NCBI GenBank assembly: GCA_024695235.1
Contig: JAILIP010000009.1
Location: forward strand, 55,647-119,646
Length of the DNA: 64,000 bases
Reading direction: 5' to 3'
Source of the DNA: Bacilli bacterium
Lineage (GTDB): Bacteria; Bacillota_I; Bacilli_A; RFN20; CAG-826
Shown here: positions 45,232-53,555 of the stretch, piece by piece
Layout of the letters: each line of letters begins with the position of its first letter
How positions within the stretch are numbered: position 1 is the stretch's first letter
The notes under the pieces: model-generated
What the model was told of the DNA's origin: nothing
Database searches by the model: none
What the model saw: only the letters and a program-made list of their open reading frames with translations
Made by a program: the position numbers and the translations under genes

Positions 45232-48200
45232 ATGTTTAAGTTTTTGAAGCAACACAAATTCACAATCTTACTCACAGCATTAAATGCTCTCCTTTTAAGT
45301 GCGGCTGTTATCGGAACTGTCGCTTGGTATTCAATCAAAATGGAGATTGATCCACCTACTGGTACAACTCAAACAAGTGGTATTTTAAAATCATATTTTG
45401 ATTCTGGAAGTGGTACCCAGGGTGATCCTTATGTAATCACAAGGCCTATTCATTTTTATCACCTATCATATCTTCAAAATTCTGATTATTTCGGGGATAG
45501 CACAAAATATTTCCGTTTTGGGAAAAACATTGATGGCGACGCTAATGGAGAATATGAATTCTACAATTATGGTGATGATGGCAAACTTCTTGCTGGAACT
45601 TCAAAAGAATTAAATGTTAAGTATTACAGTGGCACAAATGCCTTATATCCAATCGGCACGCCTCAACATCCATTTAAATCAGTTATCTATGGAACAAACC
45701 TTACTGTTAAAAATGTACACATCAAAGGTGATGGTTTAGCAGATATAGGTGTCTTTGGATATGTTCACGAAGATGCTGAAATACATAACTTGTATTTTGA
45801 TACAGTATCTATTGATACAGGAACGCCTACATCATCTAATGGTACTCACTCCCACACAAGTGGAAAATACAACGTTGGCTACTTAGCCGGTCATATACAA
45901 TCTAGTGATTCTTTTGACAATGTCTATGTGAATAAATGCGAAATTTACAATAGTGGCATCCCTAACATCCAAGGTTTAACTGAATATGGATATTTTGGTA
46001 AATGCGATTCTATTGAGACACCTTTAACTACATCGAGTACAGATGAATATAGAATTGATCCAGCTACTGTCCAAGGATATTTCAAAGACAACTGGACATC
46101 TGGCAAGCAATTGTCTAGTAAGTCTGTCACCACAAGAAACACAGAGTATACTGTGAAAGGAACAGATTTCACATCTGTAGTTAATAGTAGCGATAATAAC
46201 CATAATGCAAGTACATCTTACACAATGAAAGGTACGGCATCGAGTGTTCCGCACAATTATTCATTATCTACTATTGGCCATCAGGGTGAAGAAACCAGTT
46301 ATGAGATTTCATACTCCAGCAGTCACTTGAATATGGACGTAAGTACCACCGTTATTCCGGATGGAGTAAATATTAATACTATTACAGAACCAGGTTCTTA
46401 CATGTATTGGGATACATCCGCTTCAAAATGGGTATATTATGTCATTTCTCCAGGTGGCTCAACATCTTCTAAAACCTTTAACGTTTTCTCATTGTCCTAT
46501 CAATATAACGGCAATACGTACTATGTTTATGTTAGTGGCAATGTTACTGAAAGCAATGGTGTAAAAAATTACTCAGGATTGTCACTTGCTGTTTCTTCTA
46601 CAGTGCCATCGATTAGCAATAGACGTTATTGGTTCTCTTTGAGATCGTCAAACACCGATTATGGTATAACATCAATTGCTACTAATTCTGGCGCTGAACG
46701 CTACTATTTATTCTGTCCAGATGTTGATGCTTATGCCTATATTACAAGCAACACAACAATTAATTTCGGCAATTATTCAACTGTGAAGGACTTATCGGGC
46801 ACAGGATCATCTAAGACATTCACTTTTGATGGTGTTGATACAAAGATTGAATGGGTCGGTTCTAGTAATACGAACTATGGTTTCCAAGCAACATCATCCT
46901 CTATTACAGCAATAAGACCTGTTAGTGGAAATGATGCAACTATTTTCGCACTTAATGGTACAGGTGCTCGCACTTCGGAAAGCTCATCTGATACAGATAA
47001 GTATCAATTGGTTACGGATACATCTCAGTTGAAGAATAATCAAGAATACTCTATCGGCTATGATGCTGGTGATTTGCACAGGTTGATTGGCGAGCAAAGA
47101 ACTAATAATAGAACCGCAGTTACAGTAACTGTCGATTCTGGAACAACTTTAAATTCTGCATCTGGTGTTAGAAAATTTACTTTGGGTGTCGATGATGAAA
47201 CAATAACTGGGTCAACTGTATATTCGTTCTTTGACCAAGCAGAATATACTGGTAATGGTGGCTATTTGTATGCGGCATCATCATCGCATAACTACTTAAG
47301 AACTCAACAAACAAACAATTTAAACGGATTATGGTCGATAACTTTTGGCAGTGGCGGAGCAGCAACAGTAACAGCACAAGGTAGTAACTCTCGAAACCTA
47401 CTTAGATACAATTCGTCAGATGATTTGTTTGCATCTTATGGTCAAGGTCAGAAACTAGTTAAAATCTATAAATATATTGCCGGGTCTGGAACTATCCAAA
47501 CCGCAAATCATGCGGAATTGATTGCAACCGTAGAAGATGGAACTGATGTCGATCCAGTACCGTATGATGCATTTTATGATGCTGATACAACCGGTGGAAC
47601 AAACTATCAATCCATTACTTTTACTCGTGAACGCATTACATGGGATTTTACAAATCATTTAATAACCATTTCCCCACAATCCAACCAACATTATGAAAGA
47701 ATAACATCAATTGACGATCTTTCAGATGGTGAATATTTAATTGTTACAGAATCAGGCGGGAAGGCTCTTAATGGTCAAGGAAGTGGTGGCGCGAGCGCAT
47801 CTGTCACAATAACCAACCATACTATTCCTTACAATGAAACAACAACAGGGTATGCTTTTACATTGGATTCTGAGAATGGAAGATTCCTGGCAAAAGACAG
47901 CTACTATATATATAGTGCTGGCAGTGGTACAAGCATGTCTTATACTCAAACAGAATCAGACCTAGTTAACCACTCGATTTCTTTTGATGGTAACAATGTT
48001 GTAATTAAATCGCCAAACAATAATAGAAAATTGGCTTACTATTCATCAGGACCTAATTTTAGATACTATGCTTCGATTGGCAGTGGCCAAGAAGTTCAAT
48101 TGTACAAACTTATTAGTGAAACAACCGAACCTGAATATATTGCTGATACAATAGCTACTTTGGATAACAAATATAATAAAGATAAAATTGATGCTGTTGG

Positions 48201-49122
48201 TACAGTAACCTATTCATCTTCATCGATGACATTTGCATCAAATCTTAGCAATATCAAAGCAGTTAGTAAATGGAATACAGAAAATAGTGAGCTTGGTATT
48301 GGTGCCAAATTCTATCAAACAAGATACTTATCTAATTCCTTAGTGTTATTTGTCCCTAACCAAGGTGCATTAGATTTCGGAACAATTCATTTGGAATCAA
48401 CTGGAACAGCCCCTGTATTTGTGAAAGGATCAGATAATGGCATAACTAATTTTGAACCATCAATTGGATTTACTGATGCGAGAATCGGCTGTACTGATGA
48501 TTTGGTGGGAGACAGCAACCATAGTTATACTTTAAGTCTTAACATGCATAATATATTCAACCTATGTTATGCAGCATTAGATTCGGATGGTAAAATACTT
48601 GCATCATATGATACTGATGGCGCTAAAGTGCTTCCTGCAACCGCAATCAATCCATCTAATATTGCAACATTTGTACTAGCAATAAGTGTTCCTTCTTCAT
48701 CAATGTCTGTTTCAGCAATCAACTTAAAGATTCGTCATCTTGAAGGCGAAATGGCGAACTTCAGTAATGTTGGTTATAGAAACGCAACGTACACTTCTGG
48801 TGCTACGATTGTTGATTCAATCGTAACAGACAATGTCAATACAACCACAAGTACTATCGCAAGAGAAGCTATTGATTTTAGAATTGATAGTGGTTCTAAT
48901 TCTAATAAGATCTTCTTTAGAATGATGTATAATGCTACGACGAAAACGTACGATATTACATTCAAATGCACGTCGAACACACACATACTAATCTTTAATT
49001 TTGATGCTGAAAGAGTAAAACTGTATTTGAACGATTCGCAATTAACTGAATCTTATCATGATGAAACTGTGTCAGGAACAGCTTGGACGTATCCAGTAGC
49101 ACTTCCGTCAAACTATAGTTAA
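45232..49122 (+). CDS. Giant secreted protein with a SipW-cognate-like signal peptide, a beta-helix/GLUG-like region and two copies of a recurrent approximately 160-aa module
   Basis: 1296 aa, N-terminus MFKFLKQHKFTILLTALNALLLSAAVIGTVAWYSIKME. It has IGVFGYVHEDAEIHNLYF (GLUG-like). It has no C-terminal anchor. A strong SD AAAGGAG lies upstream, 11 nt after the upstream stop. Confidence 0.75.
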   Translation: MFKFLKQHKFTILLTALNALLLSAAVIGTVAWYSIKMEIDPPTGTTQTSGILKSYFDSGSGTQGDPYVITRPIHFYHLSYLQNSDYFGDSTKYFRFGKNIDGDANGEYEFYNYGDDGKLLAGTSKELNVKYYSGTNALYPIGTPQHPFKSVIYGTNLTVKNVHIKGDGLADIGVFGYVHEDAEIHNLYFDTVSIDTGTPTSSNGTHSHTSGKYNVGYLAGHIQSSDSFDNVYVNKCEIYNSGIPNIQGLTEYGYFGKCDSIETPLTTSSTDEYRIDPATVQGYFKDNWTSGKQLSSKSVTTRNTEYTVKGTDFTSVVNSSDNNHNASTSYTMKGTASSVPHNYSLSTIGHQGEETSYEISYSSSHLNMDVSTTVIPDGVNINTITEPGSYMYWDTSASKWVYYVISPGGSTSSKTFNVFSLSYQYNGNTYYVYVSGNVTESNGVKNYSGLSLAVSSTVPSISNRRYWFSLRSSNTDYGITSIATNSGAERYYLFCPDVDAYAYITSNTTINFGNYSTVKDLSGTGSSKTFTFDGVDTKIEWVGSSNTNYGFQATSSSITAIRPVSGNDATIFALNGTGARTSESSSDTDKYQLVTDTSQLKNNQEYSIGYDAGDLHRLIGEQRTNNRTAVTVTVDSGTTLNSASGVRKFTLGVDDETITGSTVYSFFDQAEYTGNGGYLYAASSSHNYLRTQQTNNLNGLWSITFGSGGAATVTAQGSNSRNLLRYNSSDDLFASYGQGQKLVKIYKYIAGSGTIQTANHAELIATVEDGTDVDPVPYDAFYDADTTGGTNYQSITFTRERITWDFTNHLITISPQSNQHYERITSIDDLSDGEYLIVTESGGKALNGQGSGGASASVTITNHTIPYNETTTGYAFTLDSENGRFLAKDSYYIYSAGSGTSMSYTQTESDLVNHSISFDGNNVVIKSPNNNRKLAYYSSGPNFRYYASIGSGQEVQLYKLISETTEPEYIADTIATLDNKYNKDKIDAVGTVTYSSSSMTFASNLSNIKAVSKWNTENSELGIGAKFYQTRYLSNSLVLFVPNQGALDFGTIHLESTGTAPVFVKGSDNGITNFEPSIGFTDARIGCTDDLVGDSNHSYTLSLNMHNIFNLCYAALDSDGKILASYDTDGAKVLPATAINPSNIATFVLAISVPSSSMSVSAINLKIRHLEGEMANFSNVGYRNATYTSGATIVDSIVTDNVNTTTSTIAREAIDFRIDSGSNSNKIFFRMMYNATTKTYDITFKCTSNTHILIFNFDAERVKLYLNDSQLTESYHDETVSGTAWTYPVALPSNYS

Positions 49123-49128
49123 TAAAAT

Positions 49129-49154
49129 AGCACGTTCAAAATAACGTGCTTTTT
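49129..49154 (+). terminator. Intrinsic terminator ending operon 2
   Basis: AGCACGTT-caaaat-AACGTGCT followed by TTTT. Confidence 0.8.
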
Positions 49155-49265
49155 CATATGTGTTACACATGTATACACGCTTAAATTATTTTGATTATTA
49201 ATCTTATTAGCATATAATGAGAATGCATATTTAGTTTTAATGTAGACTTTTATAGGAGATTAGAT

Positions 49266-50696
49266 ATGGAAAAAGAAAATATAATCGAAGAAGAAAAGCC
49301 AAGTAAATGGACATTTGGTAAATACCTTAAAGGTATTGCTAAATATAAATGGTGGGTTGTTGGATCCACTGTCTTAGGTACAGTCTTAGGTTTTGTTGGG
49401 TTTAAATTCGTTTTAAATCCAATTCGTAAGAATCTAACTGCTCAATATTCATATAACTTAGCAGGAACATACGAAGATGAAGATACAATTCGCTTTGTCG
49501 ATGGTACAGTCTTTAACTCATATGACCTTACCAATATCGAAAACTTGAAGAAAGTTAAAGATAGCAAGGAAGAATATAGCAGAATCGATGTTGAAAAAAT
49601 CATCACCGACGGTGGTATCACAATCACAAAGGATATCATTGAAAAAGATACAAGTACTACAACCGTTAAAGATAAAACAACAGAGAATGTTTCTATTACA
49701 TACACTCTTGTTGCAAAAGCTAGATGCTTCCCAAATGATAAAGTTGGAAAAGAATTCTTATATGATTTAATTACTCTTCCAAAATCATTATCAAACGCTG
49801 CTATTAGTAACTACCATGTTGGTTCATATTTCTCACCAGTTTTTGAAACATTATCATTTGAAACTCAAGTTGAACAACTTGGTAAGCAATATGATGCCAA
49901 TATTGAAGTGTATACTGCATTATCAGAGAAGTTCTCAACATCTGCCGCTGTTGATAGTGATGGTACAAAACTCTATCAAGCATTGAATGCTTTCCAAAGT
50001 AAGTACTATTCAGCAGGTTCTCAAGTCTTCTATAAAGAACTTGAATCCTCATTAGCAGCTAATAAGTATGTTAAATACAATGCAGATGATATTGATCAAG
50101 CAATTGCAGATATTAAAGCTACTGCTAATTCAAACATTGAATCAGTTGATAGACTTAAAGATCAAATTGCTACATATGAATCAATTCTCACCCAATGGAC
50201 AAATATCAAAACATACATCACCGATGAATCAATCCTCCATGAAAAGATTATTGAACTCAGTGACAAGATTGCTGCCTTAAAAACAGAACTATTCAACGTC
50301 ATTAAAGAATTAAACAAATTTGGATATGAATGTGATAGTGATGGCAAATGGGAATATAAAGCAGCTTTAAAAGGTTCACGTTATTACCTTGAACAAATCA
50401 AAGCCGATCCAACAAGTGAAGAATCAGTTGCATTCGCAAACGGATGCAAAGCATTCACTAAACGTATTGCTGACTACCATGATGTTCTTGAAGATGATAG
50501 TGAAGTCACAACAAGTGTTCTTAGATACTGCTATGACTCATATCAAAACAGAGTCTCCATTCTTGGAACAGGTTATGTTGTTACAGCTAAAGGCATCTCT
50601 GACTTCATTGGTCTAGCAGCCGGATTAGTCCTTGGATTTGCAATCTCCTCATTAATCTGCGCTTCCATCTACATCAACAAAGAAGAAGAGAAATAA
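49266..50696 (+). CDS. Wzz/polysaccharide co-polymerase-like chain-length determinant (no kinase domain)
   Basis: 476 aa with PCP topology: an N-terminal TM segment (WWVVGSTVLGTVLGFVGF), a large coiled-coil-rich ectodomain, and a C-terminal TM segment (GLAAGLVLGFAISSLICASIYI). Confidence 0.5.
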   Translation: MEKENIIEEEKPSKWTFGKYLKGIAKYKWWVVGSTVLGTVLGFVGFKFVLNPIRKNLTAQYSYNLAGTYEDEDTIRFVDGTVFNSYDLTNIENLKKVKDSKEEYSRIDVEKIITDGGITITKDIIEKDTSTTTVKDKTTENVSITYTLVAKARCFPNDKVGKEFLYDLITLPKSLSNAAISNYHVGSYFSPVFETLSFETQVEQLGKQYDANIEVYTALSEKFSTSAAVDSDGTKLYQALNAFQSKYYSAGSQVFYKELESSLAANKYVKYNADDIDQAIADIKATANSNIESVDRLKDQIATYESILTQWTNIKTYITDESILHEKIIELSDKIAALKTELFNVIKELNKFGYECDSDGKWEYKAALKGSRYYLEQIKADPTSEESVAFANGCKAFTKRIADYHDVLEDDSEVTTSVLRYCYDSYQNRVSILGTGYVVTAKGISDFIGLAAGLVLGFAISSLICASIYINKEEEK

Positions 50697-50741
50697 TTAA
50701 CTAAAATAAAAATGGCATCATGCTGATGCCTTTTTTAATAC

Positions 50742-51401
50742 CTATTCTCCAGTATGATCTGTAATAACAAACCAGATAGCTTTGAAGATAATCTTTAGGT
50801 CTGTTTTAACTGATCTTGTTTGGATGTATTTAATATCTAGTTCAACCCATTCATCGAAACTCATTTGGTGTCTATTGTGGGTTATTTGCCATAAGCAGAT
50901 GACTCCACCTTTAACTTTGAGTCTATTCATTTGATATGGGGTGTATTCAGCAACTTCTTCTGGAAGTGGTGATCTAGGACCAACGATTGAAAGTCTCCCC
51001 ATTAAGATATCCCATATTTGTGGTAATTCATCTAATGATGTCTTTCTTAGGAATTTACCAAATTTGGTAATACGTGGGTCATCTTTCATCTTGAAGACAG
51101 GACCATCAGCTTCGTTTTTGCCTTGCTTGATGAGTTCTTCTTTCATTTGCTCGGCGTTTGGTTTCATAGAACGAATCTTATGGAACTTGATGATCTTTCC
51201 ATCTTTACCAACACGATCAGAAGCGTATATTGGGCGATGTCCATCTTCACAGAACTTAATGAACATCAATATCAATAGCACCCAACCAAATAGTAAAAAG
51301 AACATTATAGATGCAAAAATATCAAATGCTCTTTTAATAAAGAGATAGAATTTTCCACCGGCAGGTTGTATATCTTGATTTTTACTAATTTCGTTTGTCA
51401 T
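50742..51401 (-). CDS. Priming phosphoglycosyl transferase (bacterial sugar transferase family, WbaP/EpsL-like)
   Basis: 219 aa with KRAFDIFASI, then a TM segment, then KFHKIRSM, DDPRITKFGKFLRKTSLDELPQ and SIVGPRSP. Confidence 0.85.
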   Translation of the reverse strand: MTNEISKNQDIQPAGGKFYLFIKRAFDIFASIMFFLLFGWVLLILMFIKFCEDGHRPIYASDRVGKDGKIIKFHKIRSMKPNAEQMKEELIKQGKNEADGPVFKMKDDPRITKFGKFLRKTSLDELPQIWDILMGRLSIVGPRSPLPEEVAEYTPYQMNRLKVKGGVICLWQITHNRHQMSFDEWVELDIKYIQTRSVKTDLKIIFKAIWFVITDHTGE

Positions 51402-51538
51402 AAGTCTTGTATCAAACTACTATCGTATTTTATATATTCGTTATCTAAAATGCAAGGTGTTAGGGCATGTAATTTCTAATTACTGACCCTAAAGCATATA
51501 CGTGCTTATACATAAAAAGTGTATTATTATATTTAAGT

Positions 51539-52978
51539 ATGTTGACTGAACTATTCCCAAAACTTAAAGAAAACATAGTCATCAAGTACATAAATAAATT
51601 TCTGTACTCAAAGTTTTATATTGCACTTATTGCTTTATGCACATTGCTCTGCAACATCTTTGGTTTTGAAATTATTTACTATTATCCACTTGTCTTAGTA
51701 AGTGTCATTTTCCCATGCTTCTTCTCAGAAGATATGCTACCTATGGTAGCACCTCTAGGAATGACGTATGCTTCTGTGTCAATTAAGAGCAATGGAAACT
51801 ATGTTACAGGTCATTCTTTATTTGATGGTAGTTCTAAAATTAATTTGTTCATTCTTTTTGGATTAGCGATTGGATTTACTCTTGCTAGAGTTATGTATAA
51901 CTTTATCAAAAGAAAGGATCTTACAAGAAGAATGCCTTCATTATTATTTGGATATATAGGAATGGGGCTTGCCTTTATTCTTGCAGGACTATTTTCCATC
52001 TACTATGAAGCTAAGCACATCTTATACCCAGTAGTGGTATTCCTATCATTGTCATTCTGTTATTTTATCCTTCTATTTGTTATTGATTGGAAGAAGACAG
52101 AAAAGAGTTACTTTGCCTGGGTTATGACATTCTATGGATTAGTTATCTCATGTGAAGTTATCTATATTGTTATTTCCATTAAGATGGGCAACACAATATT
52201 CATCTCTAACCTTGGACAAATATTTACAGGCTGGGGCATGAGAAATAATATTGCCGGACAAATTAGCTTATGTGTTGCTGCTCCTATCTATCTCGCAATT
52301 AAATCTAAAAAGCCACTCATCTATTTATGGATGCCTTTATTCATGATTGTTAGCTGCTTCTTAGTTAACTCTCGTGGTGGAGCATTAACATCATGCTTAA
52401 TCTTTGTTATTGCTATTATCATTTACTTTGTAAAAGTTGATAAGATTGCTCGTATTAAAGGTATAGCAATGCTAGGTGCCGCTACACTGGCTGGTATCGT
52501 TTTATTCGTCGTTAAATTTAACGCTATTAAAGAGCTACTATCTCGTTTCTTTGCCTCTATTGGTGAGTCTGATATGTATGTCATCACTCAAGGAAGAAAT
52601 GAAACATGGATGCATGGCATGAGTAACTTCTTTGAGAACACCTTGTTCGGTGTTGGATTCTATCAATGTAAAGATTATATCTTCTATAATTTCACAACCG
52701 GATTTGTTCCTGCTAGATATCATAATATCTATATTCAATTCTTAGCATCTACTGGTCTATTTGGTATAGCAGCATATTTCTATCACCGCGCTCAAACATT
52801 ATTTATCACATTTAAAAAGCCTTCACTTGAGAAGACATTTATATACTTTACAGTGCTTGCACTTGTGATCTCTTCACTAACAGACAATCATTTCTTCAAT
52901 ATTGGTCCAGGGCTTAACTACTGTATGGCGCTCGCCTTTATTGAAGGCATGAATATATTAGAAGAAAAGGCTGTTTAA
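51539..52978 (+). CDS. O-antigen ligase/polymerase-like (Wzy_C family) integral membrane protein
   Basis: 479 aa with approximately 10-12 TM segments and NSRGGALTS and ARYHNIYIQFLASTGLFG motifs typical of Wzy_C proteins. Confidence 0.65.
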   Translation: MLTELFPKLKENIVIKYINKFLYSKFYIALIALCTLLCNIFGFEIIYYYPLVLVSVIFPCFFSEDMLPMVAPLGMTYASVSIKSNGNYVTGHSLFDGSSKINLFILFGLAIGFTLARVMYNFIKRKDLTRRMPSLLFGYIGMGLAFILAGLFSIYYEAKHILYPVVVFLSLSFCYFILLFVIDWKKTEKSYFAWVMTFYGLVISCEVIYIVISIKMGNTIFISNLGQIFTGWGMRNNIAGQISLCVAAPIYLAIKSKKPLIYLWMPLFMIVSCFLVNSRGGALTSCLIFVIAIIIYFVKVDKIARIKGIAMLGAATLAGIVLFVVKFNAIKELLSRFFASIGESDMYVITQGRNETWMHGMSNFFENTLFGVGFYQCKDYIFYNFTTGFVPARYHNIYIQFLASTGLFGIAAYFYHRAQTLFITFKKPSLEKTFIYFTVLALVISSLTDNHFFNIGPGLNYCMALAFIEGMNILEEKAV

Positions 52979-52990
52979 CAGCCTTCTTTT
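52967..52990. terminator. Shared palindromic terminator containing both convergent stop codons
   Basis: AAGGCTGT-tta-ACAGCCTT, with the TAA of the + gene at 52976-52978 and the TAA of the - gene (complement of 52975-52977) in the loop. A T-run lies on the + side and an A-rich run on the other. Confidence 0.6.
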
Positions 52991-53457
52991 CTTATCTTAA
53001 CAAATCCTTTGACTGAATAGACAATTCCTATTATTAACACAAAGAAGAGACAACCAAGGGAGTTAATCCCAACATCTTTCCAAGATCCTCCACGTCCTTC
53101 AACAAATAGTTGAATGAATTCAGATAATCCAGCGATAAGGATTCCAAAGAATAAACCTATCGGTAAAACAACTCCTCTATGAGGGAATTTATCTTTTGTG
53201 TAGAACATCAATGTCAAAGTTGCAAAGCAAGCATTAAGTCCATTAAGAAGAAAATGACCAATTGATTTTCTAACAATCGTGGCAAATGTATCTTTATCAG
53301 TAGATGGTTTTATGACATCCGAAATATCTTTTGCTAAGTTTTGAGACATAGCAGCAGAAATATTCTCTTTGATAAAAGCATTAACAATAATTGTGATTGT
53401 AGCCACAATAGTTAATCCAAGAAATATTAATGTTACAATCAGACGTGACTTTTTCAT
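52975..53457 (-). CDS. VanZ-like membrane protein
   Basis: 160 aa with 4 TM segments. The motif SEFIQLFVEGRGGSWKDVGINSLG matches the VanZ-family E..Q.F...R....D...N..G pattern. Confidence 0.65.
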   Translation of the reverse strand: MKKSRLIVTLIFLGLTIVATITIIVNAFIKENISAAMSQNLAKDISDVIKPSTDKDTFATIVRKSIGHFLLNGLNACFATLTLMFYTKDKFPHRGVVLPIGLFFGILIAGLSEFIQLFVEGRGGSWKDVGINSLGCLFFVLIIGIVYSVKGFVKIRKEGC

Positions 53458-53494
53458 CTTTTATATTGTATATCTTTTGTTTTAATAGAAATAA

Positions 53495-53520
53495 CTATAT
53501 TTTTTCTAGAAAAAGTATAG
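53495..53520. promoter_or_regulatory. 26-bp near-perfect palindrome upstream of fba (candidate operator)
   Basis: CTATATTTTTTCT|AGAAAAAGTATAG has 12 of 13 arm positions complementary. It overlaps a TAGAAT -10-like hexamer (53517-53522). Confidence 0.3.
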
Positions 53521-53555
53521 AATATTTATGTAACTAAAAATAAGGAGCAAATAAT

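Noticed and set aside
27196-45330. Type IV pilin/pseudopilin (class III signal peptide) interpretation of the shared N-termini
   Set aside because: In prepilins the cleavage motif (G|F/M-T-L-x-E) precedes the hydrophobic helix. Here the conserved AW(F/Y) motif follows the helix. No PilD/PilB/PilC-like genes are present, whereas a SipW-type peptidase is.
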